From the NCBI GenBank assembly GCA_030704615.1, contig CM060734.1, positions 29,202,001 to 29,266,000 on the forward strand: 64,000 nt of DNA. Reading direction: 5' to 3'. The stretch comes from Takakia lepidozioides (Eukaryota; Plantae; Bryophyta). Within the stretch, counting starts at the first letter, position 1. Each line of letters starts with the position of its first letter. The position numbers were made by a program, and so were the translations under genes. This document shows positions 50,647-64,000 of this stretch, in pieces. Under the pieces are notes generated by a model. It searched no databases and was not told where the DNA came from. It saw only the letters and a program-made list of their open reading frames with translations.

Positions 50647-53600
50647 CCCCGCCAAAATTTGGACCAATCAAAAATGTCCAAAAACAAAGTGTTCTTCGCT
50701 CACTATTGCATAACTCTATGAGTGCATGAAGTAGAACACAAATCAAGTTTGGAGTGCAAAACAGGGAAGAAACTTTGGTTTTGGGTCCAAATGAATTTTG
50801 TTCGCTCCCAAATTTGGCACGCATTGCATATGGAGTCATTACGCATACGGTTCAGAAACGGAATGAACCATGAGCACGCGAAACGCAGTCCAACAGGTCC
50901 CAGAGTAATAGAATATCCAACGGAATTCATGGCATCGGGTGAACGGATGGTTGCCCATCCAAATCATTTTTGTTTGCTTTCAAACTTTGCCAGTACGTTC
51001 GGGACATCCTCTCACAAGTCCGGACTAATATGAGATCAATCGAAATTCATTCGATGGCTCAACGGATGGTTGGCCATCGAAATGATTTTGGTTCGCTTTG
51101 AGACTTGGCCAGTATGTTCAATGTGCCATCTAAGAGGTCCCAGAGTAATATGAGACGAAACGAAATTGGTTCGGTGGCCCAACGGATGGTTGCCCATCCA
51201 AACGATTTTCGTTCGCTTCGAGATTTGGCCGGCATATTCATCGTACCATCTGACAGGCCCAGAGTAATGTGAGATCAATCGAAATTCGTTCGATGGGCCA
51301 ATGAGGCGTTCACTTGTCATCAGTTTTCGTTCATTGCGGAAAAAAAAAATCTAGCAATGCGTGCACGGCTATTGCACCCATTGAACGGATGTGGTTGAAG
51401 CCCATCTTTTGCCCGCATGTGCTTGAACGTGTGCGGAGACACAACAGAAGAATAAATCATTTGCCTCCCCGTCGACGCGCTCACCCCTCAAGCCATTCGA
51501 GAATTTAAATCAATTTTAAGCCAAATGATTAGGTTTGCACTGCCTTTGATTGGGGGTTTCTGGCACGTATCGATTTTGTTTTTGGCTCAATTTGTTCTGC
51601 GGCTTCAAGCATCCCACCGCTACTCCCCGCCAAAATTGGACCAATCAAAAATGTCCAAAAACAAAAGTGTTCTCTTCGCTCACTATTGCATAACTCTCTA
51701 TGAAGAGTGCATGAAGTAGAACACAAATCAAGTTTGGAGTGCAAAACAGGGAAGAAACTTGGTTTTGGGTCCAAATGAATTTTGTTCGCTCCCAAATTTG
51801 GCACGCATGTTGCATATGGAGTCATTACGCATACGGTTCAGAAACGGAATGAACCATGAGCACGCGAAACGCAGTCCAACAGGTCCCGAGTAATAGAATA
51901 TCCAACGGAATTCATGGCATCGGGTGAACGGATGGTTGCCCATCCAAATCATTTTTGTTTGCTTTCAAACTTTGCCAGTACGTTCGGGACATCCTCTCAC
52001 AAGTCCCGGACTAATATGAGATCAATCGAAATTCATTCGATGGCTCAACGGATGGTTGGCCATCGAAATGATTTTGGTTCGCTTTGAGACTTGGCCAGTA
52101 TGTTCAATGTGCCATCTAAGAGGTCCCAGAGTAATATGAGACGAAACGAAATTGGTTCGGTGGCCCAACGGATGGTTGCCCATCCAAACGATTTTCGTTC
52201 GCTTCGAGATTTGGCCGGCATATTCATCGTACCATCTGACATGCCCCAGAGTAATGTGAGATCAATCGAAATTCGTTCTGGGCCAATGAGGCGTTCACTT
52301 GTCATCAGTTTTCGTTCATTGCGGAAAAAAAAAATCTAGCAATGCGTGCACGGCTATTGCACCCATTGAACGGATGTGGTTGAAGCCCATCTTTTGCCCG
52401 CATGTGCTTGAACGTGTGCGGAGACACAACAGAAGAATAAATCATTTGCCTCCCCGTCGACGCGCTCACCCCTCAAGCCATTCGAGAATAAATCAATTTT
52501 AAGCCCAATGATTAGGTTTGCACTGCCTTTGATTGGGGGTTTCTGGCACGTATCGATTTTGTTTTTGGCTCAATTTGTTCTGCGGCTTCAAGCATCCCAC
52601 CGCTACTCCCCGCCAAAATTTGGACCAATCAAAAATGTCCAAAAACAAAAGTGTTCTCTTCGCTCACTATTGCATAACTCTCTATGAAGTGCATGAAGTA
52701 GAACACAAATCAAGTTTGGAGTGCAAAACAGGGAAGAAACTTTGGTTTTGGGTCCAAATGAATTTGTTCGCTCCCAAATTTGGCACGCATGTTGCATATG
52801 GAGTCATTACGCATACGGTTCAGAAACGGAATGAACCATGAGCACGCGAAACGCAGTCCAACAGGTCCCAGAGTAATAGAATATCCAACGGAATTCATGG
52901 CATCGGGTGAACGGATGGTTGCCCATCCAAATCATTTTTGTTTGCTTTCAAACTTTGCAGTACGTTCGGGACATCCTCTCACAAGTCCCGGACTAATATG
53001 AGATCAATCGAAATTCATTCGATGGCTCAACGGATGGTTGGCCATCGAAATGATTTTGGTTCGCTTTGAGACTTGGCCAGTATGTTCAATGTGCCATCTA
53101 AGAGGTCCCAGAGTAATATGAGACGAAACGAAATTGGTTCGGTGGCCCAACGGATGGTTGCCCATCCAAACGATTTTCGTTCGCTTCGAGATTTGGCCGG
53201 CATATTCATCGTACCATCTGACATGCCCAGAGTAATGTGAGATCAATCGAAATTCGTTCGATGGGCCAATGAGGCGTTCACTTGTCATCAGTTTTCGTTC
53301 ATTGCGGAAAAAAAAAATCTAGCAATGCGTGCACGGCTATTGCACCATTGAACGGATGTGGTTGAAGCCCATCTTTTGCCCGCATGTGCTTGAACGTGTG
53401 CGGAGACACAACAGAAGAATAAATCATTTGCCTCCCCGTCGACGCGCTCACCCCTCAAGCCATTCGAGAATTTAAATCAATTTTAAGCCAATGATTAGGT
53501 TTGCACTGCCTTTGATTGGGGGTTTCTGGCACGTATCGATTTTGTTTTTGGCTCAATTTTGTTCTGCGGCTTCAAGCATCCCACCGCTACTCCCGCCAAA

Positions 53601-56600
53601 ATTTGGACCAATCAAAAATGTCCAAAAACAAAAGTGTTCTCTTCGCTCACTATTGCATAACTCTCTATGAAGAGTGCATGAAGTAGAACACAAATCAAGT
53701 TTGGAGTGCAAAACAGGGAAGAAACTTTGGTTTTGGGTCCAAATGAATTTTGTTCGCTCCCAAATTTGGCACGCATGTTGCATATGGAGTCATTACGCAT
53801 ACGGTTCAGAAACGGAATGAACCATGAGCACGCGAAACGCAGTCCAACAGGTCCCAGAGTAATAGAATATCCAACGGAATTCATGGCATCGGGTGAACGG
53901 ATGGTTGCCCATCCAAATCATTTTTGTTTGCTTTCAAACTTTGCCAGTACGTTCGGGACATCCTCTCACAAGTCCCGGACTAATATGAGATCAATCGAAA
54001 TTCATTCGATGGCTCAACGGATGGTTGGCCATCGAAATGATTTTGTTTCGCTTGAGACTTGGCCAGTATGTTCAATGTGCCATCTAAGAGGTCCCAGAGT
54101 AATATGAGACGAAACGAAATTGGTTCGGTGGCCCAACGGATGGTTGCCCATCCAAACGATTTTCGTTCGCTTCGAGATTTGGCCGGCATATTCATCGTAC
54201 CATCTGACATGCCCAGAGTAATGTAGATCAATCGAAATTCGTTCGATGGGCCAATGAGGCGTTCACTTGTCATCAGTTTTCGTTCATTGCGGAAAAAAAA
54301 AATCTAGCAATGCGTGCACGGCTATTGCACCCATTGAACGGATGTGGTTGAAGCCCATCTTTTGCCCGCATGTGCTTGAACGTGTGCGGAGACACAACAG
54401 AAGAATAAATCATTTGCCTCCCCGTCGACGCGCTCACCCCTCAAGCCATTCGAGAATTTAAATCAATTTTAAGCCAATGATTAGGTTTGCACTGCCTTTG
54501 ATTGGGGGTTTCTGGCACGTATCGATTTTGTTTTTGGCTCAATTTTGTTCTGCGGCTTCAAGCATCCCACCGCTACTCCCCCGCCAAAATTTGGACCAAT
54601 CAAAAATGTCCAAAAACAAAAGTGTTCTCTTCGCTCACTATTGCATAACTCTCTATGAAGAGTGCATGAAGTAGAACACAAATCAAGTTTGGAGTGCAAA
54701 ACAGGGAAGAAACTTTGGTTTTGGGTCCAAATGAATTTTGTTCGCTCCCAAATTTGGCACGCATGTTGCATATGGAGTCATTACGCATACGGTTCAGAAA
54801 CGGAATGAACCATGAGCACGCGAAACGCAGTCCAACAGGTCCCAGAGTAATAGAATATCCAACGGAATTCATGGCATCGGGTGAACGGATGGTTGCCCAT
54901 CCAAATCATTTTTGTTTGCTTTCAAACTTTGCCAGTACGTTCGGGACATCCTCTCACAAGTCCCGGACTAATATGAGATCAATCGAAATTCATTCGATGG
55001 CTCAACGGATGGTTGGCCATCGAAATGATTTTGGTTCTTTGAGACTTGGCCAGTATGTTCAATGTGCCATCTAAGAGGTCCCAGAGTAATATGAGACGAA
55101 ACGAAATTGGTTCGGTGGCCCAACGGATGGTTGCCCATCCAAACGATTTTCGTTCGCTTCGAGATTTGGCCGGCATATTCATCGTACCATCTGACATGCC
55201 CCAGAGTAATGTGAGATCAATCGAAATTCGTTCGATGGGCCAATGAGGCGTTCACTTGTCATCAGTTTTCGTTCATTGCGGAAAAAAAAATCTAGCAATG
55301 CGTGCACGGCTATTGCACCCATTGAACGGATGTGGTTGAAGCCCATCTTTTGCCCGCATGTGCTTGAACGTGTGCGGAGACACAACAGAAGAATAAATCA
55401 TTTGCCTCCCCGTCGACGCGCTCACCCCTCAAGCCATTCGAGAATTAAATCAATTTAAGCCAATGATTAGGTTTGCACTGCCTTGATTGGGGGTTTCTGG
55501 CACGTATCGATTTTGTTTTTGGCTCAATTTTGTTCTGCGGCTTCAAGCATCCCACCGCTACTCCCCGCCAAAATTGGACCAATCAAAAATGTCCAAAAAC
55601 AAAAGTGTTCTCTTCGCTCACTATTGCATAACTCTATGAAGAGTGCATGAAGTAGAACACAAATCAAGTTTGGAGTGCAAAACAGGGAAGAAACTTTGGT
55701 TTTGGGTCCAAATGAATTTTGTTCGCTCCCAAATTTGGCACGCATGTTGCATATGGAGTCATTACGCATACGGTTCAGAAACGGAATGAACCATGAGCAC
55801 GCGAAACGCAGTCCAACAGGTCCCAGAGTAATAGAATATCCAACGGAATTCATGGCAGGTGAACGGATGGTTGCCCATCCAAATCATTTTTGTTTGCTTT
55901 CAAACTTTGCCAGTACGTTCGGGACATCCTCTCACAAGTCCCGGACTAATATGAGATCAATCGAAATTCATTCGATGGCTCAACGGATGGTTGGCCATCG
56001 AAATGATTTTGGTTCGCTTTGAGACTTGGCCAGTATGTTCAATGTGCCATCTAAGAGGTCCCAGAGTAATATGAGACGAAACGAAATTGGTTCGGTGGCC
56101 CAACGGATGGTTGCCCATCCAAACGATTTTCGTTCGCTTCGAGATTTGGCCGGCATATTCATCGTACCATCTGACATGCCCCAGAGTAATGTGAGATCAA
56201 TCGAAATTCGTTCGATGGGCCAATGAGGCGTTCACTTGTCATCAGTTTTCGTTCATTGCGGAAAAAAAAAATCTAGCAATGCGTGCACGGCTATTGCACC
56301 CATTGAACGGATGTGGTTGAAGCCCATCTTTTGCCCGCATGTGCTTGAACGTGTGCGGAGACACAACAGAAGAATAAATCATTTGCCTCCCCGTCGACGC
56401 GCAACCCTCAAGCCATTCGAGAATTTAAATCAATTTTAAGCCAATGATTAGGTTGCACTGCCTTTGATTGGGGGTTTCTGGCACGTATCGATTTTGTTTT
56501 TGGCTCAATTTTGTTCTGCGGCTTCAAGCATCCCACCGCTACTCCCCCGCCAAAATTTGGACCAATCAAAAATGTCCAAAAACAAAAGTGTTCTCTTCGC

Positions 56601-57284
56601 TCACTATTGCATAACTCTCTATGAAGAGTGCATGAAGTAGAACACAAATCAAGTTTTGGAGTGCAAAACAGGGAAGAAAACTTTGGTTTTGGGTCCAAAT
56701 GAATTTTGTTCGCTCCAAATTTGCACGCAGTTGCATATGGAGTCATTACGCATACGGTTCAGAAACGGAATGAACCATGAGCACGCGAAACGCAGTCCAA
56801 CAGGTCCCAGAGTAATAGATATCCAACGGAATTCATGGCATCGGGTGAACGGATGGTTGCCCATCCAATCATTTTTGTTTGCTTCAAACTTTGCCAGTAC
56901 GTTCGGGAATCCTCTCACAAGTCCCGGGACTAATATGAGATCAATCGAAATTCATTCGATGGCTCAACGGGATGGTTGGCCATCGAAATGATTTTGGTCG
57001 CTTTGAGACTTGGCCAGTATGTTCAATGTGCCATCTAAGAGGTCCAGAGTAATATGAGACGAAACGAAATTGGTTCGGTGGCCCAAGGATGGTTGCCCAT
57101 CCTAAACGATTTTCGTTCGCTTCGAGATTTGGCCGGCATATTCATCGTACCATCTGACAGGCCCCAGAGTAATGTGAGATCAATCGAAATTCGTTCGATG
57201 GGCCAATGAGGCGTTCACTTGTCATCAGTTTTCGTTCATTGCGGAAAAAAAAAAATCTAGCAATGCGTGCACGGCTATTGCACC
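50647..57284. repeat. ~985-bp tandem satellite, right part (~6.7 monomers)
   Basis: Marker cactattgcataactct near 50701, 51681, 52665, 53648, 54637, 55619 and 56603. Monomers differ mostly by 1-nt indels. Internal ~120-bp subrepeats contain aacggatggttgcccatc. Confidence 0.97.
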
Positions 57285-57285
57285 C

Positions 57286-57600
57286 GGCACGATAACCTTG
57301 ACCTCCTCATTGTTTTTCCTAAATCCACCAATACTAACTACCTAACCCATATCCATCAGCAACACACCTCCCCACCCCAACCAATAGACGCCCGATACGT
57401 CCATACCCCCCTTCTTGCTCCTAACGTGCATGTTTGCATTGCTGAATGCAACCCGATAAAGACATCTCCTACACCACCCCCATCATCTGCACAGGATCTC
57501 GCATGTCCAAATTATACGCCTCCAACGGCCGCTACATAGGCCTTATTCCAAACGACCGCCTCTCTTGGCTCTGGCATAGATTTTCTACCTCTTCCCCCTC
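57286..57600 (+). pseudogene. Internal fragment of a Dualen/RandI-like non-LTR retrotransposon ORF
   Basis: ECNPDKDI...LYASNGRYIGLIPNDRLSWLWHRF (recalled resemblance only). Confidence 0.4.
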
Positions 57601-58984
57601 ACCTAGTCAGTTCTGTTCCAGCAAACACCCCAACCCTACTTATCACACTAGTTCCTATGCTGACTTGTGTCTGCTTCCAACAGGCATTCACCTTAATGCC
57701 TCGATTGTTCCACCATTGATTAGGGTTGGAAACCGATTCTTTCCAGAGCTTCTCCTCGTATCTATTTTCAATACTTTTTGTTGCCACATTGGCAATAACA
57801 TGTCAAAATCACTCCAAAACCACCATATATCCACCAACAAGCTGACTTGCAGAATTCAACATGAAAATTTAGGGATGACTCTGATAGCAGGGAAAAACAG
57901 GGTGAAATGTGTTGAAGAAGGTACCTTCATCAGCAGTGCCTTGTTCTATCAATTGTGTTGTTGCCGCTGCTGTTTCAAGTTGACCATCTACCCACTTGCA
58001 GCTATTGATCCACAGGGAATCAGAAGTAATCTTGTGTTTGAAATCCGTTCCTCTTGGATGAATCTGGACCTCTATCCCTGGTCCTTACGCTATCCCTGCC
58101 TGTGTACAAATCATGAATAACATCCTCAGCCATGATGCTAGCAGCTGACACTGACGGCCTGAAGTTCTTGCAACAAACACCCCAACCCTACTTATTACAG
58201 TAGTTCCAATTCTGAATTGCATATGCTTCTCTCTGTAGTCCAACAGGCATTCACCTTTTTGTCTCCATTGGGGTTGGAAAAGTGTTCATTCCAACGCTTT
58301 TCCTCATCTCTGTCATTTGTTTTTGGATACTTTCCTGCTGCCACATCAGCATAAACTTGTCAAAGTCACCCCAAACTACCACAGATCCACCCAACGAGCT
58401 AACTTACAGAATTCCATATGCATCTCAAGGCCGAGTCTGGTGAGAGAACAAAACAGGCTGAAATAGGTTGAAGAAGAAGGTGCCCTCACCACATTGTCCT
58501 TGACCTTGTGACATGACCCATGGAGGATTTGGAGGACCATCAACCCAAAAGGACCTCTCGTGTGTGCTGCTTGTGTCTGTAGTCAGGTAATGTCGGATTG
58601 GTCTGTGAGAACCACCACGTTGCAACTGAGCGGGCAATGGCCTGCTAAGACCAAGCTGACTCTCCCAAGAACCTTGTAAACATCAGGAAGAATACCAAAT
58701 CATGGTACTAACAGGAGCCAAGAGCCCACATTTGCAGGATGGACGAACTTTCTCACATCATACATTAAGAAAAACCCACACCTTGCGATTGCGGTTGTCC
58801 CACCATCGTGAAGGAGCTTCAAAAAACACTGCTCCGTGCTCCCAGGTCTGCTCCGAGGTTTGTGCTCGAAAATCCGACGGCTATGTGCACAATGGCTATG
58901 CCACAAACGGCTACGCCCACCTTCTGGACTCTTCCTTCAAAAGACTCCTGACCCCTAAAAGACTCCGAGGTCTTCCTTTCAAAG

Positions 58985-59315
58985 AGTCCGGACGGAAATG
59001 CTCCGCATTTCCGTTCTGAGTCTAACTGACGAAAGGGCTGAAGCCCAGTTCCTGCAAGAGTTTGAGACTGAAACGAGGGTGCTGCTGCTCAACGTCTGGA
59101 GCATGACTTCTCTAGCATTCTGCACGAACTTTGTGTTGTCAGGGAAGGTGTGGAGGACGCATTTCAAATGCGAGAACTTCCCACAGTCATTCCCCAGACT
59201 ACAGGTACGGGTGGGGATGCTCCATCTGATCAGCCCCTTCCTCCACCTCCAGATATGTCGCCGGAGGAATTCCAGAGTGCAGCGGATGCCATGTTGGAGG
59301 AGACACACAGCAGCA
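58985..59315 (+). mobile_element. Fragment of a third, B-family ParB-MTase element
   Basis: Palindrome cggaaatgctccgcatttccg at ~58994, RAEAQFLQEF, and DMSPEEFQSAADAMLEETHS (cf. RAEAQFLEDF and DMSPEDFKSAADKMLEETHS in B). Confidence 0.85.
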
Positions 59316-59319
59316 GAGA

Positions 59320-60430
59320 GAGATGACTCCAGCCGCGGTCGGCGTAACTAAGAGCCACTTCACTTTGCGGCTACTGCCCCTTTTCGGGGGTGGGCCCTAT
59401 ATAAAAACTATTGAGTGTCTGGAGGGCACCCCCTAACTTAGGGGACAGGTGCTCGGAAAGGTACCCCAGGGGGTACCCTTGGGGTATATGGAGTTTCAAG
59501 AGCCTGAAGAGATATGGGATTCAAGCTGCCTTTTGTTGCTAATAATAGCAGTGAGGGAGCGTATCGCAGTCAGGTGGATAGCCTTGAAGCATTTGTGTAT
59601 AGGGGAGATAGGAATTTTGAAGTTATTGTGAAGGGCAGAGATACTAGCATTGTGGATGCCGCCTCCAGTTCCGGCAGTAATGATTGTGAGGGGGCCTGTG
59701 GACCAGCCACGACGGCGAATGGCTAGGATGAGCTGAGCATATTTTTGACGTTTTTCCAATGTGGAGGAGCTAGGGTAGCGGTCATTACAATATGTGAATT
59801 CAATAAAGTGTATGGTGAGGTTTGGGGATGGGATGCTAGGCAGAGGCGCATTCATGGGCAACCCGTGGACTAGAAGTATGTCAGGACAGAGTCTGGCGGG
59901 ACATGTGCAGGGTGAGGGTGGCCGGCATGAACAGGGCAGAAGCCATGAGGGTACAGTGTGGTCAGGGGGCCTACCCTGATAGGTCCCCGCATTGATGAGT
60001 GAAAACCAACGTGTTTCAGGTCGACGTAGGAGTAGCTTATGGATGTGCCAAACATCATGGTTATGTCAAGTGACACGGAGGCCATGGATGATGGGATGTG
60101 TGCATTGGCTGCGTAGGTGGGGCCAAGTGTCACGGGCAGAGTGGGTGCAAGCACAAAGTGGACAATCTGGGGAAGGGAAGAGGTGAGGCCAGAAGATATG
60201 TTTACGTTGGTGACCCATGTATTGTGCATATCTGAATTTGAGGATCTGTTTTATTTGGGCATCGGTGGCGAGATTAGTGTGCCAGAAGTGATTAGATAGC
60301 TTATGGTGTAGCACATCGGATTGCGTCCATTTCTAGACGTGTAGCTTAGTGTGGGGGTGGTAGAGAGATTGCGGATAGGGCGAGGCTCCGTGGGGCCTGG
60401 AACGGGGTGGATGAACCAAAAGGGGTAGGT
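59320..60430 (-). pseudogene. 3' end of an RLE-encoding non-LTR retrotransposon (Dualen/RandI-like)
   Basis: CPLC..DTWPHLRSQC (CCHC), HNH, VPSWLLP, PDILLV, IHFIEFTYCNDRY..EKRQKY, ITAGTGGGIH, followed by a 3' UTR. Confidence 0.7.
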
Positions 60431-60431
60431 A

Positions 60432-61845
60432 TGGGCAACCATGGTCTGCCCAACAGTAATGCATACGAGTATCCCTCTGATGGAAATTCAATGACTTGGA
60501 AGTCTATTGTGTATGCAGAACCCCCGGATTGCATCTGAAGACTGAAAATTTGACCCACTGGTCTGATTCTTCGCTGATCTGCCAATCGGATAATCAATGG
60601 GGATTTACCAGTCATGTGTAAACCTAGTTTCTCCATTGTGGAGAGTGGCATGATGCTCACCGAGCTTCCACCATCTACCAAGCAATGTTGAATAAAATAG
60701 TCTACAATCTCCACTTCAATCTCTATTGGTCCAGGGTCTATTCTTGCATTGACATGATGCGATACTGGGAAATTCTCTCGTCTTTTCCTGACCAATTAAG
60801 CTTTCAGGGCTTGTCTGACTGTAGGGGCAAGAGCAACAAGTTGAGCTACTGAAATGTTGGCCTGCACTTGGCGTAGGTCATGCATCAAGTTATAGGGCTC
60901 AAGCTCATCGGTAAATCTCATGGTGGTAGACTTCTTTTTCAGAATTTGATGACGTTTCGCTATAGTGTTAGCTATTTTGACTGCTGACACTTTTGGTCGC
61001 ATCACTAGTGACGGCAACGGAGTGGACACCTTACCCGGAGAGTCACTCCCTTCAAATACCACAGATTTTCCCTTCCTAATACTGGCTTCATTCTCATTGT
61101 GAAGAGTAGTAGCAATTTTTGTCACATCATCCTTCACCATTGGTTCTTTGTCCGAAGATGAAGTAGGTGTAACATCTGGAATTACCTCTTCCGGCGCTCG
61201 TACCAGCATCTCTCGTTGTTGGCGAGTCATCACCACACATGTGTTATCCTCACATTCCTCCTCTTTTGGCATGCTTGACAGTTCGCCGTGTATCCAATTC
61301 ACATTAGGTTGCGATGGTAACTTCTGCGTGACTGGACCAGAGGAAGTCCCTGCTTGTGGAAGAGGTTGTGTGGATGTCGATGCTTGATTGGACCCTTGAT
61401 TCCTCTCATCCTGAGATCGTCGCCATGGAAGTTGACTTAGCGTTTCCTGCATCACAGGATTTGTAAATGACACCCTAGGCTGCTGGCTGCAAAGAGGACA
61501 TGCGTCCAGATAGGAGACTTGCCACTTTAGATGAATTTTGGAAGGTGATTCCGGAGTAAAATATCCCAATAAGGGTGGCTCACAACATCCCGGCCATCTA
61601 GTGTAGAGTCGGAAAAACTCTACAATAGGTGCCGTGTAAGCCCCAGATGTGGGAGGACCTACTTTCGCCTCGATCCAATTCCCGCGATACTTTTTAGCAA
61701 TCTCGAGGATTTTGCTCAAACACCGATGCGTGATCTCTCTTTGGTCCTTGGGCTCCCACTCCCCTAACTGACAGGAGGAAATGGTGCGGTAGTGCCCTTG
61801 CACTCTTCTCTCAAAGGAGATAAAAAACCGATCGTTCGCTACCAT
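60432..61845 (-). pseudogene. Ty3/gypsy gag-like region and aspartic protease, truncated
   Basis: YNLMHDLRQVQANISVAQLVALAP..; CLVDGGSSVSIM..IRLADQRRIRPVG..YALLLGRPWL. Confidence 0.8.
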
Positions 61846-61952
61846 CTTCTTTAATCTGCACAGCCATCTTGAAATATTTGAGAATTGTTGTTATAAACTT
61901 CAAAATTACGAAAACAAGATGTTCAGAACACTACAAACAACTAGTCTAACTT

Positions 61953-61967
61953 CCGGCAGACGCACCA
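61953..61967 (-). other. Primer-binding site complementary to plant tRNA-Gly(UCC); LTR edge at 61973
   Basis: Plus strand ccggcagacgcacca equals the 3' end of tRNA-Gly(UCC) plus CCA. It lies 5 nt from tgtcaacc (LTR ...TGACA on the minus strand) and upstream of gag-pro. Confidence 0.8.
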
Positions 61968-62519
61968 AAATATGTCAACCATTAATGCACCCCATTAACG
62001 GTTGCATACTTAATTTAAGGTTCGTGTTAGACAGAGTCAGGTTAGGTCCTGAAGGCACTGCCTAGCTCCAAGGGTGCTGCTAGTGTGGATTTATAAATTT
62101 TCTATGTTATAAGTGTTTGCGTTTGTAATTTGTAACCAACAGTTAGTGCTAACTCATTGACGTATTTACGAAAACAATACTCTAGAAGTAAGTGATGCGA
62201 ATGTATAATTACTTCGGGATAAATAATTATGATTTTTAGATGTATATATATAAATAGATATCCTAGTGTAAACATTAGTTATTAAGCAAACAACAAAATT
62301 TAATTCCAACCAACCAACTTAATTTTTTATTCTATTTTTGAAGGATTTTATATACATATTTACGTTTAAAAGATAGGGATATTGATTTATTTAGTTTTTA
62401 CTAGTCCCCATTAAATTATGTGAGTCAAGAATATATAATCAATTAAATCATTCTAAGGAAAAGATCAGCCCAACAAACAATCTTAGTATAACCAAAATAA
62501 AAGGAGAGAATCAAAACTG

Positions 62520-63010
62520 CTTATCCAAAACCAACTAGCCTATCTAATTACTTATAGAGCTATTTCAAGGGTTTTTAAATATAAGCAAAACCAACTAAGT
62601 TGCAACATGCAATAGTTGACCCCCCCAACCTCGGCGATGCAGCAAAGGTCCCTAACCAACAGACCAAGGTGGATTTGTTAGAATACAAGTAGTAATCTAA
62701 CTACTTAATATTCATATCTAGGATCTATCCAATGAAAATAAACACGAGAAAACAAAAACTAACTACAAATAGAGATGCAAGAAGGGGGATTTGAACCCCT
62801 AACCTCGAAGGTGCGAGCAATTTTACTAACTAGTAAGTTCCTATCGACTTCTTGACGGTAACCCAACTCTCTAATTATTTATAGAGCTATCACACGGATC
62901 TGGAAATAAATTTAAAAAAAAAAATCAAAACTAGCTACAAGGTTAAAGCCAACCAATAGGAGTTGAACCCCCGACCACATGGCCTCCCACTAACTATTCT
63001 AACCATTGAC
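62520..63010 (-). repeat. Three degenerate ~170-bp units with a tRNA B-box-like motif
   Basis: Plus strand agttgaccccccc (~62614), gatttgaacccct (~62788), gagttgaaccccc (~62960); ctaatta.ttatagagctat repeated at ~62544 and ~62871. Confidence 0.45.
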
Positions 63011-64000
63011 CCCATGTCCACTTTTTGAAACAATTGTAGTGTCATAACTACTTATACAGATTCTCCAAAATTTGACAGGGATAGGAATAAGCACAACTGC
63101 TGGTGTCTCTTCACCCACAAAGAGTCACTACAAACCGAATTTCTGACTTCAAAGAAAGTAGAGTATGCAAGACATTACCACAGTCTAAGACCAACAACGA
63201 TGAATTGCTAAGCTTGTTATATATGAACACGTGAGCACGCACGCATATACAGCCCAGGACTAAGATGCATACCCACTCCAAACGTGTACATAGCAAGAAT
63301 AAAAATCTGTTCTTTGATGGCAGAACCAGTAAGCTCCACCACGGAGGTAATTAAGGGCTCAATTCTACGTCAAAACCACTCCAGCGATAGGTCGGACGGT
63401 ACTGATCGACCGCAGAGGTAGTTATGAATTCTGAAATAAATCCATGTGAGGTTTGTAAACATGGCGTTGGACAGTACTCTCGTTCAGTGCTACTAGTTCA
63501 GACCCTTGGATGGAGGGTTGTGGTACTGAGAGACAGGGGGACACTCTCATCACTACAGTCACTTGAGATAAGAGATTTTGTCTTCTCCATGGATATCTAA
63601 ACTATATTTCTCACTTAGGTTTTTTTTTTTTTTTTTTTTTTTTTCTGCCAACAATTTGGTAACTGATTGATTGGATTCTCTTGGCAAGGGCTCTGTACCA
63701 GTTTTAATCACATCCAGACAAATGTCACTTAATGACCATTGAGCCTAAGCAACAACCATTGAAGAAGCTACACCTTTGTGGCCAGAGAGCAATGATGGTG
63801 ACGACGTGATCTGTATCAAATCGTGAAGCGAACCTGATGATCAGAAATCTATATATTGACACCTTATGCTACCCGCGTACAGTTAATATCATTACTAGAT
63901 CGGTAAGGTTCTAATCGTCATTAATGCTTAATTAAACTCAACGTTTCAGATCGTTGGCCATCCTTCACGAATTATACTATGATGATCAGATCACTGTTTG

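Noticed and set aside
50404-57000. Recurrent 60-130-aa ORFs
   Set aside because: Chance ORFs repeated with the satellite monomer; no domain motifs.
62770-62990. tRNA genes
   Set aside because: Only B-box/T-arm-like motifs; no acceptor stem or complete cloverleaf.

Overview
Eukaryotic, almost entirely transposon-derived DNA, probably from a non-seed land plant (GT-AG introns, plant tRNA-Gly PBS, CACTA/Ty3/Penelope-like/Dualen-like remnants). No ordinary host gene is evident. The main observation is a pair of diverged Mutator-like (MULE) DNA transposons: element A (<1-8650, cut by the window edge) and element B (36104-50646, complete, inserted in a ~985-bp satellite), plus a fragment of a third (~58985-59315). 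Each pairs a minus-strand GCM-like/DDE transposase (SWIM finger seen in B) with a divergently transcribed, intron-containing gene encoding a ParB/Srx-like domain (WDGNHRLLA) fused to a prokaryote-type beta-class amino-DNA-methyltransferase fold (DIPDG ... D-L-x-x-G-T-G). Each element also carries many copies of its own 22-bp palindrome (A: AACCTTGCGT-YR-ACGCAAGGTT; B: GGAAATGCGG-YR-CCGCATTTCC), almost all in non-coding DNA and, in B, phased at ~53 bp. This resembles a transposon-borne parB/parS-like self-recognition and epigenetic system (inference). Also present: a CACTA remnant with a SET-domain cargo and sequence homologous to the satellite, a Naiad/Chlamys-type Penelope-like RT between long direct and inverted repeats, and LINE and Ty3 fragments. 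Domain calls come from motif recognition by eye, counts are manual, and many frameshifts may be long-read indel errors.
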